A stretch of DNA of 64,000 nt from Anthoceros angustus (lineage: Eukaryota; Plantae; Anthocerotophyta). This document shows positions 24,601 through 35,361 of this stretch, in pieces. How positions within the stretch are numbered: the stretch's first letter is position 1; each line of letters begins with the position of its first letter. The position numbers and the translations under genes were made by a program. The stretch lies in contig VJWM01000044.1 of the NCBI GenBank assembly GCA_010909165.1, positions 1,736,001-1,800,000 on the forward strand. Direction: 5' to 3'. The notes under the pieces were generated by a model. It saw only the letters and a program-made list of their open reading frames with translations. It ran no database searches and was not told the origin of the DNA.

Positions 24601-27600
24601 GCGTTAGAGGCACACCGCTGCAGGAGGAGCGGGGAAAAATGGCAAAACACCGTGAAAAGAGTTACAGGGAACCGGATAAGTACATGCTCCTCGCTATAGA
24701 CGGAATGGACCAGAAGAAGACTGAGATTCCACACTTTCTGCGTTGGCCAAAGAATCTTGATGAGGACTGCCGTGTATCTGTGCACGTAGTGGGTTGCATG
24801 ATCCACAATTATACGTACGCAGCAAGAGTGTTTTTGCACTATGCCAATTTGAGGAACGATGCGAATCTGACAATCAGGATTATTCAAGATGTTATTCTTA
24901 ATTATAAAGGAGTGCTACCCAAAGTGCTCTATTTGCAGCTTGACAACACTTGCCGGGAAAACAAGAACCAGCTGTTGTTTGCGTATTTGAACATGCTAGT
25001 TGATATGGGAACTTTTCAGAAGGTGAAGGTTGGGTTCCTCCTTGTTGGGCACACTCACGACCAAATCGACCAAATGTTCTCTTGCTTTTCCAAAAGCTTG
25101 AAGCACAAGGAGGCACACACTCTTCCGCGTTGGCCGACATCTTGGTTCATGCATACACGCCTACACCGGAGATCAAAGTTTTGCAGGAGGTCCGGACTTC
25201 ATATGTATGGCCGATTAGACAAGGCGATGGTCGGCATATTCATCGGCGGTGAGAAAATTGAACAACTTATCTTTCCAGCACGTTTAAAATCACCAGAGAA
25301 GACAAACCGCGTAATGGGATGAATTAGGAGCAAGCAATATTCGACATCGATGTATTGGGAAACCGAAGCCGGGTTGGAGTTTTGAAATTTGTCCCTCCAA
25401 CGATATAATACACGGCCCTCCGGCTCGAGACAAGAAAGGGACGTCGGCGGGGTTATCTCCGACAAGGAGTGGCACATTTGAGAGCGGTCTGCCGAGCGCG
25501 CCATATGTGACGGGAGAATATGGATGGTGGGAAGCATTCAGGTGGACCAAGAAGAAATCGCAATAATCGTGGAGAACAACATTGGGCTCGCACTAGAAGT
25601 GCCGTGGAAATGGTTCTCTCGGGCGAATCGGAAGAAACAGACAACCACTCCAAGTTCCCATGAAGCTATCCTAGAGGAGGCGTTGCTAAGAGAACTCCCC
25701 AACGGATATGTACTTGGGGCCTTACCAAGGCAGCAGCAGAAATGGCACGCTTGCATGGAGATGTAAAAGACATAAAGGAAGGATGTTCATCGATTCTTGT
25801 ACCGATACGCATAATCGGCCTTTCCGGATTGGGAAAGTTAATCGTGAGGTTGGATGTGGAAGAGCCTCATTTCTGGTTCATCGTACAGATCGAGCACAGA
25901 TGCATATGAAGGCGTATACGTGGAAGAATATGTGATTCCGCACCCATCCACCGAGATTGGGATTGGAAGGAAAAAGGGTGGGAAGGCAAATTTCAAGAAT
26001 GTTCAAGAAGTCTTCATCAATAAAACGTCATCTTGTATTATGGGTTCGGTTTGAATTCCGTAAACATCTCTATTCCATTGACAAAAAGCGATCGAGGATA
26101 AGTTGAATGAATTGCGGGGCTTCATCGAGCCACCAAAGTGCACCGAAGATAGTGACGAAGACGGTGAGGACATCGGGCCCTTGGACATGGAAGGTGTCAA
26201 TTCGGGAGATGAGTGAAAAGATGTATGAAGTGGAGGCAAAACATCGGTGGACATCGGTGAGACAAGAGGGTTTACTCATCCGCGTGTGTGACCGCCAAGT
26301 GTTAGGCTCAAAGTGGGAGCTCGCGTTAGTGATAGGGAATCACCTGTTGGTGCTATCATTCGGTGTTGGAAGTTGAAGAAGTTGGAGTCACTTCCGGCCG
26401 TAGGTTGCGGCGACATGGACAAATGGCGGTGGCCGTGGCGCCCGCCATTTTTCACCATCCTCTAGTAGCATGGAAACCGTTTTCCGCACCAGTCCTGCGT
26501 ATTGTACATTTTGTTCGTCAGACTGTATATAACCCATCCGTACGCATGCCTAAATCCTACATCGTGGAAACCCGATAGTTGAAGGCGCCGGCCCACCGGC
26601 GCCCTGAGCGGCCCCTTCTTGCCAAAAACAACAGACTATGGGTTCTGGACGGACGGTTCGGAAAGAAGCACCATTCTTTACCAATGATGACTGTGAAGAT
26701 TGCCTGCAATGTCTTCAAAAGACCTTGTTTATTTAGACTATGCCTCATCAACCCGTTCCCTTTTAGTCCTTCCGGTACTTATGGTAAGCAAGCATGGGTC
26801 GTATTATGCCAAATTCGATGGCGAACTCGCTAACCCTTTGTGTGATGGAACCGGATAAGTACATGCTCCTCGCTATAGACGGAATGGACCAAGAAGACCG
26901 AGATTCCACACTTTTGGCCAAAGAATCTTGATGAGGACCGTGTATCCGCACGTAGTGGGTTGCATGATCCACAATTATACGACGCAGAAGAGTGTTTTGC
27001 ACTATGCCAATTTGAGGAACGATGCGAATCGACAATCGGATTATTCAAGATGTTATTCTTAATTATAAAGGAGTGCTACCCAAAGTGCTCTATTTGCAGC
27101 TTGACAACACTTGGGAAAACAAGAACCAGCTGTTGTTTGCGATTTGAACATGCTAGTTGATATGGGAACTTTTCAAGGTGAAGGTTGGGTTCCTCCTTGT
27201 TGGGCACACTCACGACCAAATCGACCAAATGTTCTCTTGCTTTTCCAAAAGCTTGAAGCACAAGGAGGCACACACTCTTCCGCTTGGCGACATCTTGGTT
27301 CATGCATACACGCCTACACCGGAGATCAAAGTTTTGGGAGGTCCGGACTTCATATGTATGGTTAGACAAGGCGATGGTCGCCAGCATATTCATCGGCGGT
27401 GAGAAAATTGAACAACTTATCTTTCCAGCACCAGTTTAAAATCACCAGAGAAGACAAACCAGACGGTGAGTAATTAGGAGCAAGCAATATTCGACATCGA
27501 TGTATTGGGAAACCGAAGCCGGGTTGGAGTTTTTGAAATTTGTCCCCTCCAACGACATAACAGCTGCACGGCTGTCGGCCCTCCGGGCTCGAGACAAGAA

Positions 27601-28400
27601 AGGGACGTCGGCAGGGTTATCTCCGACGGAAGGAGTGGCACATTTGAGAGCGGTCTGCGAGCCATATGTGACCGGGAGAATATGGATGGTGGGAAGCATT
27701 CAGGTGGACCAAGAAGAAATCGCAATAATCGTGGAGAACAATATTGGGCTCGCACTAGAAGAGCCGTGGAAATGGTTCTCTCGGGCAGAATCGGAAGAAA
27801 CAGCACAACCACTCCAAGTTCCCGATGAAGCTATCCTAGAGGAGGCGCTAAGAGAACTCCCCAACGGATATGTACTTGGGGCCTTACCGGCTTGGGAAGG
27901 CGCAGCAGGAAATGGCACGTTTGCATGGAGATGTAAAAGACATAAAGGAAGGGATGTTCATCGCAGTACCTTGTACCAGCGATACGCATAATCGGCCTTT
28001 CTGGATTGGGAAAGTTAATCAGGTGAGGTTGGATGTGGAAGAGCCTCATTTCCTGGTTCACTGGTACAGGACTGAGCACACAGATGCATATGAAGGCATA
28101 TACGTGGAAGAATATGTGATTCCAGACCCATCCACTGAGACAGATGGGATTGGAAGGAAAAAGGGTGGGAAGGCAAATTTCCCGAAGAATGTTCAAGAAG
28201 TCTTCATCAATAAAACCGTCATCTTGTATTATGGGTTCAGTTTGAATTCCCGTAAACATCTCTATTCCATTGACAAAAAGCGATCGTGATAAGTTGAATG
28301 AATTGCGGGGCTTCATCGAGCCACCAAAGTGCACCGTAAGATAGTGACGGTGAGGACATCGGGCCCTTGGACATGGAAGGTGTCAATTCGGGAGATGAGT
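18660..28400 (+). pseudogene. Sola2-like / DUF7869-type transposase of element B, in 5-6 overlapping partial tandem copies; best intact segment 24573-25322
   Basis: KPCCNQMC; EFYACYGIG; KIPKSN; LLAIDGMDQ; PKVLYLQLDNTCRENKNQ; KVGFLLVGHTHDQIDQMFS; C-terminal RPFWIGKV...LVHWY. Confidence 0.8.
21190..21450 (-). CDS. Putative antisense ORF nested in the element B transposase insert (copies ~22560-22800, ~23450-23690, ~24340-24570)
   Basis: THCIQQTDVVDYHLFTHTFTIFPNLKSTKRPPSRSYIMVGEFEGGWG is open in several copies and homologous to element A 5340-5640. Confidence 0.45.
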
Positions 28401-29145
28401 GAAAAGATGTATGAAGTGGAGGCAAACAGCGGTGGACATCGGTAGACAAGAGGGTTTACTCTCTGACTGTCGAAGTGTGCTGACCGCCAAGTGTTAGGGT
28501 CAAAGTGGGGAGCTCGCGTTAGTGATAGGGAATGACCTGTTGGTGCTATCATTCGGTGACTGGAAGTTGAAGAAGTAGGAGTCACTTCCCCTGGCCGTAG
28601 GTTGCAGTGTCGGCGACATGGACAAATGGCGGGGTGGGCGGCGCCCGCCATTTTTCACCATCCTTAGTAGCATGGAAACCGCTTTTCCGCACTTATTGTA
28701 CATTTTGTTCGCACAGATATAACCCATCCGACGCATGCCTAAATCCTACATCGTGGAAACCCGATAGTTGCCCACCGGCGCCTGGCCCTTCTTGCCAAAA
28801 ACAAAAGACTATGGGTTCGACGGTTCGGAAAGAAGCACCATTCTTTACCAATGATGACTGTGAAGATTGCCCGCAATGTCTTCAAAAGACCTTGTTTATT
28901 TAGGCGGCCTCATCAACCCGTTCCTTTTAGTCCTTCCGGTACTTATGGTAAGCAAGCATGGGTCGATTATGCCAAATTCGATGGCGAACCACGCCTAACC
29001 CTTTGTGTGATGGAGACACCGCTCGGACGTCAATTTCATCCCTTATCGACCCTTATTTTCAGGCCTTTTTGGGCGATGTTGCCCAAAGCGAATGCGACCC
29101 ATCCCAAACCCCCTTCCGACGATATTTGGATGAAAACCCCATCAG

Positions 29146-29166
29146 ATATTAACCCTTCCAAGATTA
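29146..29166. repeat. Right terminal inverted repeat of element B
   Basis: atattaacccttccaagatta, inverse of 11048-11069. Confidence 0.7.
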
Positions 29167-29219
29167 CAGTAGCAGTAGTGGTAGCCTACCACGTGATTCT
29201 ATACTAGTAGGGCGCCTCC

Positions 29220-30930
29220 CTATCGGGGTGGTGCCTCTTTCATAGGCACCCACGAAATGGTGGGGACTCCTCCCACCCTTGGGATCGTCACCCCTACTGT
29301 GGTAGTCCCCTCATAGACTACCACTTGGCCCTCTATGGCCGGATCTTGCTCTTCTTGTGGGGGAAAGGCCTCCCACTCCGGCAACCTTGTTGCCTCCGCC
29401 ACCTCCGCTCTCGGTCCTGGGGTCCTTGTGGAGGTTTGTCCTCCCATGGTCTTCCTCAGCGCAAAGGGTAGAGGCCTCTCTAAGCTTGGCTGGAGGTGGA
29501 TGATCTCAAAAGGATGCCAAGCATCCTCAAGCTCTTTGCTAGTCAAGAGCTCCTCCGTTTCCCACAAGTGCACCAAATAGGTGCTGAGGTAACATGGCCT
29601 TGGCCAAATAGGTGCTAAGGAGCTTCTCCCTGTGATGGATGTAGGCCTCATACATGACAGTGCCCCAATCCGGCTTGGCTCCTCGCGAGATCTTCCACAA
29701 AAACTGGAGGAAGTTGGTGCTGAAATAAGAGGTCCGTTGGTAATTCACCAATCCCAACACAATTTTGGCAAAGAGCCGCCACTTCAGCTCCTTGATGCTG
29801 TCTGTCTTCCAGCCATTCTTGGCGTGGGCCTTCACTCCTCCGTCCATCATATCGAGGACCTCCTGCGGAAATCCTCTTCCCTCCATTTGTCCTCTCGAGG
29901 AGAGCAATTCCTGAGCTCTCCTCCTCCGGTCTACCATACACTTGGCGAATGCTCCGGACTGTCCAGCAGCACGGATCCGTCCGAGCATTCCTCTCCGGCA
30001 ACGCGGCAAGGGCTGCTTCCGATTGATGGAGGTTGATGTAACACTCCTCAATCAACTCCAAATTGGTGTAGGCCCATTGGCGGCCATACACCCATCCCAA
30101 TTGGATGTTCTCCTCTTCCGCCCATTGCCTGAAATCTACCAAATCGCGGGGGTTGAGCTGCCCGCAAAACAGGTGAACTGGGGCATTTCAAAATCCTCTC
30201 CTCCTGGCGGCGCAGCCTCCGCTGCCGCCTTCTTTCCCCTTCCTCCTCGTGAGGAGGAACCCTTGGCAGGCGGTTCCTTCCCCTTGCCCTTCCCTGCTTG
30301 AGGCATGGCGGCGTCTTTCTTCCCAAGTGCTTCTAGGGGAGTGAATTACTTCCCAAGTGATGTCAGAGGAGGAAGCTACTTCCCAATTGGCAACCTCAAG
30401 CTTCGTTCCCAAGTGCTTCTCCTCCTCACGACTGGCAGCAAAACCTCTCCTGAGACACAATTCCAACGTTAGGCTTGGTGATGCTTCCCAGTTGTCGCCA
30501 ATTTTCCTCAGGAGCTCTCCTTCCAGGGCAAGGCGCCGCCGGTGAGGTGGTCGCGGCGTTCTTCTTCGCGAAATCCCTTCCACAATTACGAGGTTATAGG
30601 TGTTCCAACCTAGCGCCTCCGACGTGGCGCCCGCCCAAGACTCAGTTCGCCTCCCTCCACTCAACGCGTGAGCTCAGAAGGTTCCTTCACGTCGCGTGGC
30701 TCCTGGCGGCTTCTTCTCTTCTCCTTCCTTCGCCTCGCGCTCTTCATTCGTGGTTTCCCTTCCTCCTCGTGAGGAGGAAGCTACTTCCCAATTGGATGTT
30801 CTCCTCTTGTGCTCAGTCTTGTTCGTGGTGGTGGTGGCGAGGACGATGGCGGTTTCTCCTTCTCCTCTTGCGCTTACGCTCCAGCTCCAGTCTCAGCTCT
30901 TCGCGAAGTGAGGACGCCACAATTCGGAGA
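29220..30930 (-). pseudogene. Accessory ORF of an LTR-retrotransposon-like remnant
   Basis: Frameshifted chain VDFRQWAEEE...KNGWKT...KIVLGLVNYQRTSYF...PDWG...STYLVHLW, resembling extra ORFs of plant Ty3/gypsy elements; same strand and composition as 9261-10879. Confidence 0.45.
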
Positions 30931-30964
30931 GAGAGTTGGTGTTGCCCAAACTGCTATACTCTTG

Positions 30965-31346
30965 GTGAAAGTTTAACAATGATAACCGATATTCAACAGT
31001 GACTATAGTGACAAACATTGGAGAGCAATCTTTTGTCACACAGTTGATGAGTTGGAAAGTTTAAGACACAAAGTTTGGAACAAAAGTGTTCGATTCAATG
31101 GCAGTGATAGGGGTGGATTAGGCTCAATTTTTGGTAGATACATAAGAGTTTTATGAAAAGAAGACCAATCTAGGGAGAAAAATTGTGGTCTCTGGTTTGG
31201 ATGGTGATTGCTTAGCCCAGCCATTCCAACCATTACTTAGGATTATACCACTAGCCCACATCGTACTCAAATTAACAATTTCTAACCTATGTAAAAACTC
31301 TTATAATGGGTTTTGGCGTTGGCTTTCTATGACTAATTCTTTATAA
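30965..31346 (+). pseudogene. Thymidine kinase (TK1/type II) pseudogene, 5'-truncated and intronless
   Basis: Frame from 30969: KFNNDNRYS...IVTNIG...VIGVD*AQFLVD...GRKIVVSGLDGDCLAQPFQPLLRIIPLAHIVLKLT, matching the TK consensus K...D.RY / VIGIDEAQF / V.VAGLDGD...PF...IPLA..V.KL. Confidence 0.8.
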
Positions 31347-31737
31347 TAATTAACATAAAATTTATGTACTTCCTAAGTTCCCAAATTTCCTACCATGGAA
31401 AGTTCATAACTAGGACTTATGAAACCATCTGGACCTCCACATTCTTGCATTTTTAGTATATGTAACATACACATCAGATGTTTAACTGATACACTCGATT
31501 TAGGGTGTCTAAATTAACATTAATGTTGAGTAAATTATATTTCTCCTACATTTGTAATTTTCTCACTCTTGTCATAGTCTTCATTTTGTTTAGATACAAA
31601 ACGTGTCACGCTTCTCCTTTTTAGTAATGAATTCCTCATATTGAATTATTTGATCTGGGTGATTATCAAGATAGTTCTTAAATCAACAGCAACCTCTATG
31701 CTTCTCTAGTACAACTTATAAAATTTCTAATAATCAA

Positions 31738-32250
31738 TTATAATGATTTATAATTGAACCAATATGGAAACAAGGTTGAAGTTATATGTTCTTTTAGAAT
31801 TCAAATTAATTTGGTTTCGTATTTACTACCTCTTAGATCTTCAATCATTTGATTACAGTTAGGGAAACATTCTCCCAACTTCGTAGGGCTATAAACCAAA
31901 TCTTCTAACCCTTTCCAATTTTCACCTATTCCTCGAAATAATTCTAGTAAGATGAATATCCTTACATTTTTCTCTACTTAATAAAGGATAGGTGCTCCAT
32001 GTGAATGTCAAAATCGTACTTTGTGGGAGGATATACAATACGGACGACAGAATGTTGATCCTCTATTGCTCCAATACTCCTTGGGAATATAAATTTTATT
32101 CAGGTGTTCATAAGAACCCAATCTGACATAAATGTATACTTTGCTCCAATCTTCAGGGCATAAATTGCCTTGCTTATTCCAGAATTTGGTAAATTCTTCG
32201 TCCTCAAGTTCTCATTGAATACGTGCTTCCTCTACACCAACTCATACAAT
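31738..32250 (-). pseudogene. Decayed ~170-codon ORF of unknown function in the AT-rich island
   Basis: One frame (ELEDEEFTKFWNKQGNLCPEDWSKVYIY...LLELFRGIGENWKGLEDLVY...) with about 5 stops, all TGA/TAA. Confidence 0.4.
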
Positions 32251-35200
32251 TTTATTACTAAAGTAAAAATGAAATTTAATCATCTGATTAATTATTATAT
32301 TGAATTTTGTTGCTGAAATCATGAATCAATACAACTTGTCTACTGTCGTAAATCATTTCATAACAGCCTCATGATTGGAAAAATATAAAAGTTTGTATTA
32401 AAATTAAATTTCAACTTAACACATTTGCTCGGAGTGAAATCATCATTCCATGACAAATTGATCACTCTAAGAAATTACTGTCTCAAAAAATTAGGTGTAC
32501 TTGAGGTATTTCTCTACAATAAAGGTGTTCCTACTAGATTTCCTCACCGGCACTTTCTTACGTTTTTTTTAAATTTGATGATGAATCTCCAGCACTCACT
32601 ACCTTGTCCCCAAAAACCGTCATTCACTTGCAACAGCTGGAAATTCTGTAGCCTCTAATGGCACTGATACTTCACGGTGTTCAACCACATGAACATTTGT
32701 ATCTTTGCGTGCGTTTTCACTGGCCGTATGAACATCTGTGTGTGAATCACCATCAACAGCCTGAATGCCAGATTCATAAGCACCTTTGCTAGTAGTTTTA
32801 CTAGCAACTTGAACATCCACATCGCTAACCACTTGAGTGTTGTTGAAGGCGTTCTCACTGGTCTTTTGAGCGCCTACGTAGCCAAGTCACTTGAGCGTCG
32901 CTGCAGATGTTGTCTCCTGTTGCTGAACTGTTTGTAATCTTGTCAACCTCCTGTATGGTTCCGTGGGCACAAGATGAACCCTCTGACCCACAGATGCCTG
33001 GACATTGGCCTATCTGAAGCCGAGCAGGACCTGGGGACCAAAGTTGAGCTGCTCATGATCAGAAAGACGCCTTCTGTGCAAATGTATCGGAAGATGCCAC
33101 GACGCGGGCGAGGGTAGTGTGACTAACCACGAACTGTAGAGGACCTCCAGTATGACTCCCGGGAGAATCATCGAAAAGCCAGGCCAAGCCACCTCGGCAG
33201 ATCTGCAATCTGCAGGGGCTGCAACCTTGGCACTACCGTCAACAGCAGCAGCAGAAGGTGGGGCAGCCCCAACACCGTTAATGCGAGCCAGCAAGAGGTC
33301 CCTCATTCTGCAGCTTGAGCTACGAGCCTCCACCGCAAACTTGAGCATACTTGCACCAAAACCTTGTGCAGTGTTTGGTTTTGTTCTTACCTTGCAATTT
33401 CCACCAACTTTTACTGCCTCTTCTTGCTATCGTGAATCGTGGCTCCTTCCCCAAATGTGCGTGCTGTCCAAAACCCTCGACTCCCAATCCCTCTGTGGTT
33501 GTAAGGTGTGCAAACAGGTCTTTTCCGTGTCCTCAGAGGCACCCTTTCAGCAAAGTATTCAAGCCAGGCCTTCTCATGGACTGAGGGATAATTGCATGAC
33601 GCTTCGCTCCAGGTTCTCTCTTGAGGCCATGAGAATGCCTCGTTTGACCTACTATCCTCAGCTGGCTTGCTGTACGGAGATCCTGGCCGAGCCCTTGGAG
33701 TTGCCACGGGGAACTATGAGGAGCAAGGCAAGTTTTGTAAGAGCTTGACCCTCTCCATCCCGTGTATGCACCGATTGTTCAGGCATCTTGCACAACCTTT
33801 TTGACATTGCGGTAGCATTCCCCGAATTTTTCTCTCCACGTGTAGGGTAGCAAGAAGTCAAGGATTCGGCAGTCCTGGGACCCGATGTTTGTGTATGAGC
33901 AGGGAGAGCCCAGTAGATGTGTCCACTGTAGAGCGATGTACTTGTTCTGCTTGTTCAGCTTGTTCAGAAACAATGTCGTCCCTGCGTGTATGGTTCGTTA
34001 TGTGTGTTGTTGTGTGTGGTGTGTGGGTTGTGGTGTTTTACTAGAGCACGTACATGCATATGTAACGTCAAGGCAAATGCTTGACTGTGTGCAGCTCTTA
34101 CATGGAAGTGTGCCACCTGCATGCAAATGCGCCACCTACATGCAAAATGCAAATGTACCATTTAGGGGAACAAGAGTGCAACGTTGTCACATCAAATGTC
34201 ATGACAGTAGACAGTCAACACAATGAGAGCGAAAGGGTCTCAATGATACAGTAGGGGGTGCAGGCTGCTGCTTTCCTCTCCATTCCTGTCGCAATCAGTC
34301 ATGCAGGATTGGTGGATGAGAGCCAACAGGCTGTCACGCTGATGATGGACGACTACGTGATCAGTCAGGCCCGAGGCCATTTGCAATAATCCCTTGGTTC
34401 ATTCCTTCAGGCGAGCAGGCAGCCTTGATTCGTAGACCAAGTGCTGTGATCCATGACGTCTCAGATGCCGTGGCAGGCTCCTGTGAATGCCACAAGGGCT
34501 ATGGTGGCACACAACGTGCAAAGGTCATGGTGTAAGGAAATTACCAGTTGGAACCTGAAAGCACTGCTGATACGCGCCTCCATCGTGAAGCTAAGCACAA
34601 ACTAATACAGAGGGCGCTGGCGACAGCGACCTTGAGAAACTCAGGGACTGGATCGTGGAGCATTCATGGGGGTGAGCACCACGGTCCGGGCATCTCTAGT
34701 TTGTGAACGAAGGGATGAAATTCCCTCTACGATCAGGAGTGGGAACCTTAGGTTACTTGCCCACCACGGACCTTTCGCCGTCTGATGGAGATAGAATTTG
34801 TTGCGGAAATGCTGAGTAGCTCCCTTTGCCACATGGGCTCCGATAGCACACCTTTGTAAGTAACCACGGATCTCGTACGTGCCATCACCTAGAGGCAGGA
34901 GGTCATGGTCAGAGATGCACACTGGTCCACCCATTTTGTAGATGGGGTCAGTGAGCTGCATCAACATCGACAGCGCCTCGGTACATCTGTTACGTCCTTG
35001 GGCGTACAAAGCTGTGGACTGGTTTTCCTTGTGGGTGGTAGCTCCTTTTCTGTATTAAAACCACACAATTTTGTGGGGCCAGCAACGAAGCATGTGAGCC
35101 ATGCGCTTGGTGTGCGTTGATGTCCTCTTGCTACTCCCGAAGCAATGCCTTTCTAACTCCTACCTGCACAGTTACACTGCACCTTGATATTCGGAGCCAA

Positions 35201-35361
35201 ATTCCGCATCAATTATGCAGTGAGTTCGCGAGCAGCACCGTGGGCGTTCCGCTACGGCATGGATGTATCCAGCTGCAGCTTGAGATGTGAGGGGCATTGC
35301 CAGGCCCTGTCAGCTGACACTCCTGACTTGTTGCAATGAGGGATTCTTGGGGTACTTCTCT

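Larger units (their letters stand above)
11048..29166. mobile_element. DNA transposon 'element B' carrying a transposase and a ParB/DNA-methyltransferase cargo gene (~9 kb after removing internal duplications)
   Basis: Inverted repeats at both ends, Sola2-like transposase motifs, amino-MTase motifs, and flanks of matching composition and strand on both sides. Confidence 0.75.

Noticed and set aside
32600-35300. Short ORFs, including a faint hAT-like stretch (LMQLTDPIYK, ~34940-34980, minus strand)
   Set aside because: Too degenerate to assign without a search; left unannotated.
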